From: a virus
Lineage: Duplodnaviria > Caudoviricetes
Direction: 5' to 3' (one strand)
Virus record (IMG/VR): IMGVR_UViG_3300043447_000435
Coordinates: 1 to 28,496 of that record
DNA length: 28,496 nt
A model generated the notes under the pieces. That model was given only the letters and a program-made list of their open reading frames with translations. It made no database searches and was not told the origin of the DNA. Below, piece after piece: positions 25,284-28,496 of the stretch. Positions within the stretch are counted from its first letter, which is position 1. Every line of letters starts with the position of its first letter. A program made the translations under genes and the position numbers.

Positions 25284-26316
25284 AGATGGTTTGTTACATA
25301 AACAGACCCATCCAACTCTTGATTTAACTATTTGGAATTATTCCCCAAAAGTTCAATACGAAAGATTGTGGGATGATATTACTATTCAAAGTCGTGGTTT
25401 AGTTACCAATTCAAAAGGTGAAATTGTTGCGCGACCATTCAAGAAATTTTTCAACTACGAAGAACATGAACCAAAAGATTTACCAAACGAATCATTTGAG
25501 GTTTATGAAAAAATGGATGGTTCATTGGGAATTCTCTTTCATTACAATGGTGAATGGGTAATGGCGACTCGTGGTTCATTTACATCATCACAAGCGATTA
25601 AAGGAAAGGAACTTTTAGAGAAATATAATTTCGAAAGGTTACACACTGATTACACATATTTGTTTGAAATAATCTATAAAGAAAATAGAATAGTGTGTCA
25701 GTATGATTATGATGATCTTGTTTTGTTGGGTATGATAAATACAAAAACAGGTGATGAGGTTAACATTCATAATGGTTATGAGGATGTTCGTTTTAAAAAT
25801 ATGATTTCTAATATTGGATTTCGTGTTGTGATGTTGTATAAGACTTGGGGGGAAGGATATGATTTATTAAAAGATGAAATATCTAATGATAGAGAAGGTT
25901 ATGTAATTCGTTTCAAGAATGGTTTTCGCATGAAAATCAAAGGAGAAGAATATAAAAGACTTCATAGAATATTAACAAACGTATCCAATAGAAATATATG
26001 GGAATATCTTAAAGATGATAAACCATTAGATGAAATATTAAATAAAGTACCTGACGAATTTTATAATTGGGTAAAAGAAACAAAAGATAATTTTTTACAT
26101 CAATTCAAAACTATAGATACTGATTACACATACACATTTAAAACATTAATTAATATTAATGGTATAACGGAAAGGAAAAAATTTGCAGATTATGCTAAGA
26201 GTTACAAAAACTCATCAATACTATTTGCAATGTTAGATAATAAAGATTATAAACAAATAATTTGGAAATTAATATATCCAACTTATTCAAAACCATTCAA
26301 AAAAGATGAAAATTGA
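25255..26316 (+). CDS. RNA ligase (T4 Rnl1-like)
   Basis: SRGLV, ARPFKKFFN, motif I EKMDGSLG, TYLFEI, EGYVIRF, MKIKGEEY; likely ATG 25255. Confidence 0.9.
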   Translation: MLETLEKYHKDGLLHKQTHPTLDLTIWNYSPKVQYERLWDDITIQSRGLVTNSKGEIVARPFKKFFNYEEHEPKDLPNESFEVYEKMDGSLGILFHYNGEWVMATRGSFTSSQAIKGKELLEKYNFERLHTDYTYLFEIIYKENRIVCQYDYDDLVLLGMINTKTGDEVNIHNGYEDVRFKNMISNIGFRVVMLYKTWGEGYDLLKDEISNDREGYVIRFKNGFRMKIKGEEYKRLHRILTNVSNRNIWEYLKDDKPLDEILNKVPDEFYNWVKETKDNFLHQFKTIDTDYTYTFKTLININGITERKKFADYAKSYKNSSILFAMLDNKDYKQIIWKLIYPTYSKPFKKDEN

Positions 26317-26785
26317 AAAGAAAAGAATTTATCTTGACGATATCAGAACACCAGTAAGTGAAGACTGGATTGTTGCTCGCGATTATGATGATTTTGTTAT
26401 AAGAGTAAGATTTATAGGGTTAGAAAATATTGAAGTTATTTCATTAGATCACGATTTAGGTGAAAATGCAATGATTGAATATTATAATAATGTAAAACCA
26501 AATTACGAATTAAATTATGACAATATAGTCAACGAAAAAACGGGCATGGATTGTTGTAAATTTTTAGTTAGTGAAAGTATCAATAAAAACATACCTCTTC
26601 CTCAAATTTATATACACTCGGCAAATCCAATCGGTAGTGGTAATATGATGGGGTACATAAACAATTACTTGGCAAATTGTAAGTTACCTCAAACCTGTAT
26701 ACGAGTAAAAATTGAACACACAATTGACGAATCTTTACATTTGTCTCCTGAAGCGAGAGCTGCAAAATGGAAAAGACAACAATAG
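26306..26785 (+). CDS. Cyclic-phosphate-processing receiver-like domain protein
   Basis: IYLDDIR, ISLDHDLG, TGMD and IHSANPIG motifs; overlaps the RNA ligase stop. Confidence 0.8.
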   Translation: MKIEKKRIYLDDIRTPVSEDWIVARDYDDFVIRVRFIGLENIEVISLDHDLGENAMIEYYNNVKPNYELNYDNIVNEKTGMDCCKFLVSESINKNIPLPQIYIHSANPIGSGNMMGYINNYLANCKLPQTCIRVKIEHTIDESLHLSPEARAAKWKRQQ

Positions 26786-26860
26786 AAAAAAAAATTATTT
26801 GTCTATTAGAAAATTTTTCATAATTTAGTGTCCATTACTAACAATTAACAACCTACTAAC

Positions 26861-27193
26861 ATGTCAACTACTAACCAAAAAAAATCTGCTCCGTTTAAAT
26901 CATTAGAATTAAAAGGGAAATACGATGATTTTTCTGACTTTTATGACCACAACAAAAAAATTATTTATCAATCAATTTTAGAAGTCTTTAAAGAATTTAA
27001 GACAACGAGAAAAAAGAAGTTAACACTTTTTGTGTCTGCAAAGATTAAAGGTCTTGAATGGGATACAGAATTCAATTTTCATAAGGAAGAAGCGGTAGTT
27101 TTAAAAAGAGATTTAATGCCGTTTTTTGAGGAAATTGAAGATTATGAAACTTGTGGAGAAATAAATAATTTATACAAAGAATTGACTTTATAA
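26861..27193 (+). CDS. Hypothetical protein with a C-terminal UVR-like motif
   Basis: Ends FFEEIEDYETCGEINNL, resembling the E(D/N)YExAAxxRD UVR helix pair. Confidence 0.65.
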   Translation: MSTTNQKKSAPFKSLELKGKYDDFSDFYDHNKKIIYQSILEVFKEFKTTRKKKLTLFVSAKIKGLEWDTEFNFHKEEAVVLKRDLMPFFEEIEDYETCGEINNLYKELTL

Positions 27194-27250
27194 AAAATAT
27201 ATCTTACTCTTTATTATGTATTTGGAGAGATACATGTGATTTTTTTGTCT

Positions 27251-27286
27251 AATCCCCATGAGTAACTACTTATGGGGATTTTTTTT
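27251..27286 (+). terminator. Intrinsic terminator
   Basis: AATCCCCATGAGT-AACT-ACTTATGGGGATT followed by T6. Confidence 0.85.
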
Positions 27287-27382
27287 GTACTATATAAAGA
27301 ACCTCTTGTTATAATCCTATTTTTCTCGGTATTCTAATATTTTTATTGTATTTTTCTAATACTTATATAAAAAAAATACAAT

Positions 27383-27517
27383 ATGTTAAATTTACTTATA
27401 GGACTTGTTTTATTATGTTCATCATTTGGAATTACTCTTTCCAAAATAACTACAGATTATGGTTTTCGTAAACACAGACAACACGTAAAACCGTTAGTAT
27501 TGGATAAAGAAGTTTAA
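27383..27517 (+). CDS. Small membrane protein (44 aa; below the ORF-track cutoff)
   Basis: MLNLLIGLVLLCSSFGITLSKITTDYGFRKHRQHVKPLVLDKEV; TACTTATA motif at 27360-67; its stop overlaps the convergent gene's stop. Confidence 0.55.
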   Translation: MLNLLIGLVLLCSSFGITLSKITTDYGFRKHRQHVKPLVLDKEV

Positions 27518-28494
27518 AGAACCATTCTCGACCCAATTAAAAAATTACTAAGAAACGGTGTTTCGGGGCTAGTACTACCACTTAATTTATAATTGAAACT
27601 AAATCCAAATCTTTTAGTTATCTTATAATCAAAAGAAGACCCAATTAAAAAACCCATGTGTCTATTAACTGTTGATGAACCCGTAACACTATTCCAAGAT
27701 ATTGGTGAGAACATTGTGAACAATTGGGGTGACACCGTTAATTTTTTACTATACTGATAAGGTTTTGTCCAAAAAGCAACCGCAGATGTTGACATATTGT
27801 GATCATAACTATCTTTTTCATTTTTAAGCAACAAATTAATTAAACCTACATTGTAACCAAATACACCATATTTTGGTGTTGGTTTAATCCAAGTATAACC
27901 TAATAGATTCATATAGTTACCATTCAAATAAGCAAATGCGGATGAATAAGAATGTATTGCATTTAATTTACCATTTGAAAAATCCATTTTAGTGTAACCA
28001 CCACTTACAATGAAAGTCTTCAAATCGCTCATTATAACTGTAGTAGCGTTATAAGTTTCATCACCCGCCATAGATGATTTTGACAAACCTATTGTTGCTG
28101 ATTGTAACCATCTACCATCAGGTGATTCTATTGTAGATAAATCTGACGATAATAACATTGGATTTGACACTGCAGCTTTTTCTTTTTTCTTCTCTTCTTT
28201 TTTCTCTTCCTTTTTTTCCTCTTTCTTTTCTTCTTTAGACTCTTCTTTCTTTTCTTCTTTTTTAGATTCCTCCTTTTTTTCTTCACTCTTACTTTCGGAT
28301 TTTTTTTCTTCCGATTTACTTTCAGACTTAGATTCACTCTTTGTTTCGGATTTAGATTCTGATTTACTTTCCGACGATGACGATGAAGAACTACTTTTAT
28401 TTTCCGAAGAGGACGATGATGAAGAACTTCCACTTGATGAACTACTATTTGACGAAGAAGAACTACTACTTGATGCTGGTGGTGTACTTGATGA
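27514..28494 (-). CDS. Protein with a Ser-rich and Glu/Lys-rich linker and a C-terminal predicted beta-barrel; 5'-truncated by the window edge
   Basis: The frame of the 27514..28170 ORF stays open to the window end (SSSTPPASSSS...ESKSESKSE...KKEEKKEEKK..AAVSNPM). The C-terminal part has alternating amphipathic strands with aromatic residues. Confidence 0.7.
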   Translation of the reverse strand, partial: SSSTPPASSSSSSSSNSSSSSGSSSSSSSSENKSSSSSSSSESKSESKSETKSESKSESKSEEKKSESKSEEKKEESKKEEKKEESKEEKKEEKKEEKKEEKKKEKAAVSNPMLLSSDLSTIESPDGRWLQSATIGLSKSSMAGDETYNATTVIMSDLKTFIVSGGYTKMDFSNGKLNAIHSYSSAFAYLNGNYMNLLGYTWIKPTPKYGVFGYNVGLINLLLKNEKDSYDHNMSTSAVAFWTKPYQYSKKLTVSPQLFTMFSPISWNSVTGSSTVNRHMGFLIGSSFDYKITKRFGFSFNYKLSGSTSPETPFLSNFLIGSRMVL

Positions 28495-28496
28495 TG
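28176..28496 (-). repeat. Low-complexity coding repeats (poly-Ser, ESKS, EEKK)
   Basis: Visible in the DNA as ttc/ttt and tga/act/aga runs. Confidence 0.85.

Noticed and set aside
28128-28433. 101-aa Lys/Arg-rich ORF in the ORF track
   Set aside because: Alternative-frame shadow of the Glu/Lys repeat region of the 27514->28494 gene.

Overview
AT-rich segment of a large T4-like (myovirus-type) dsDNA phage genome, most likely infecting Bacteroidota. The host inference rests on a Bacteroidota-type bS21, TTTG-N19/20-TAnnTTTG-type promoters and a general lack of Shine-Dalgarno motifs. Left (+ strand): baseplate/virion genes and modular small-domain proteins. Centre (- strand): the head module (terminase large subunit, portal, prohead protease, scaffold, major capsid protein), with a phage ribosomal protein bS21 gene on the opposite strand, plus dCMP deaminase, a Pol-beta-type nucleotidyltransferase and a KTSC protein. 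Right: a divergent Hsp20 / N-domain-less ClpC pair, a candidate small structured RNA, a lipoprotein, a three-enzyme RNA repair module and a truncated predicted beta-barrel protein. The most interesting unexplained signals are: (1) ORFs built as strings of small basic modules separated by [ILV]-x-E sites like the predicted capsid maturation site, several with similar N-terminal leaders, suggesting protease-processed capsid-cargo polyproteins; (2) a sense-strand TATTTATA motif, the reverse complement of the T4 late promoter, only 3-5 nt before several start codons; (3) a perfect 32-bp palindrome that makes bS21 and its convergent neighbour end in the same KNGLN; (4) a promoter- and terminator-bounded three-way-junction RNA. 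All protein calls are by eye from motifs; no database searches were run.
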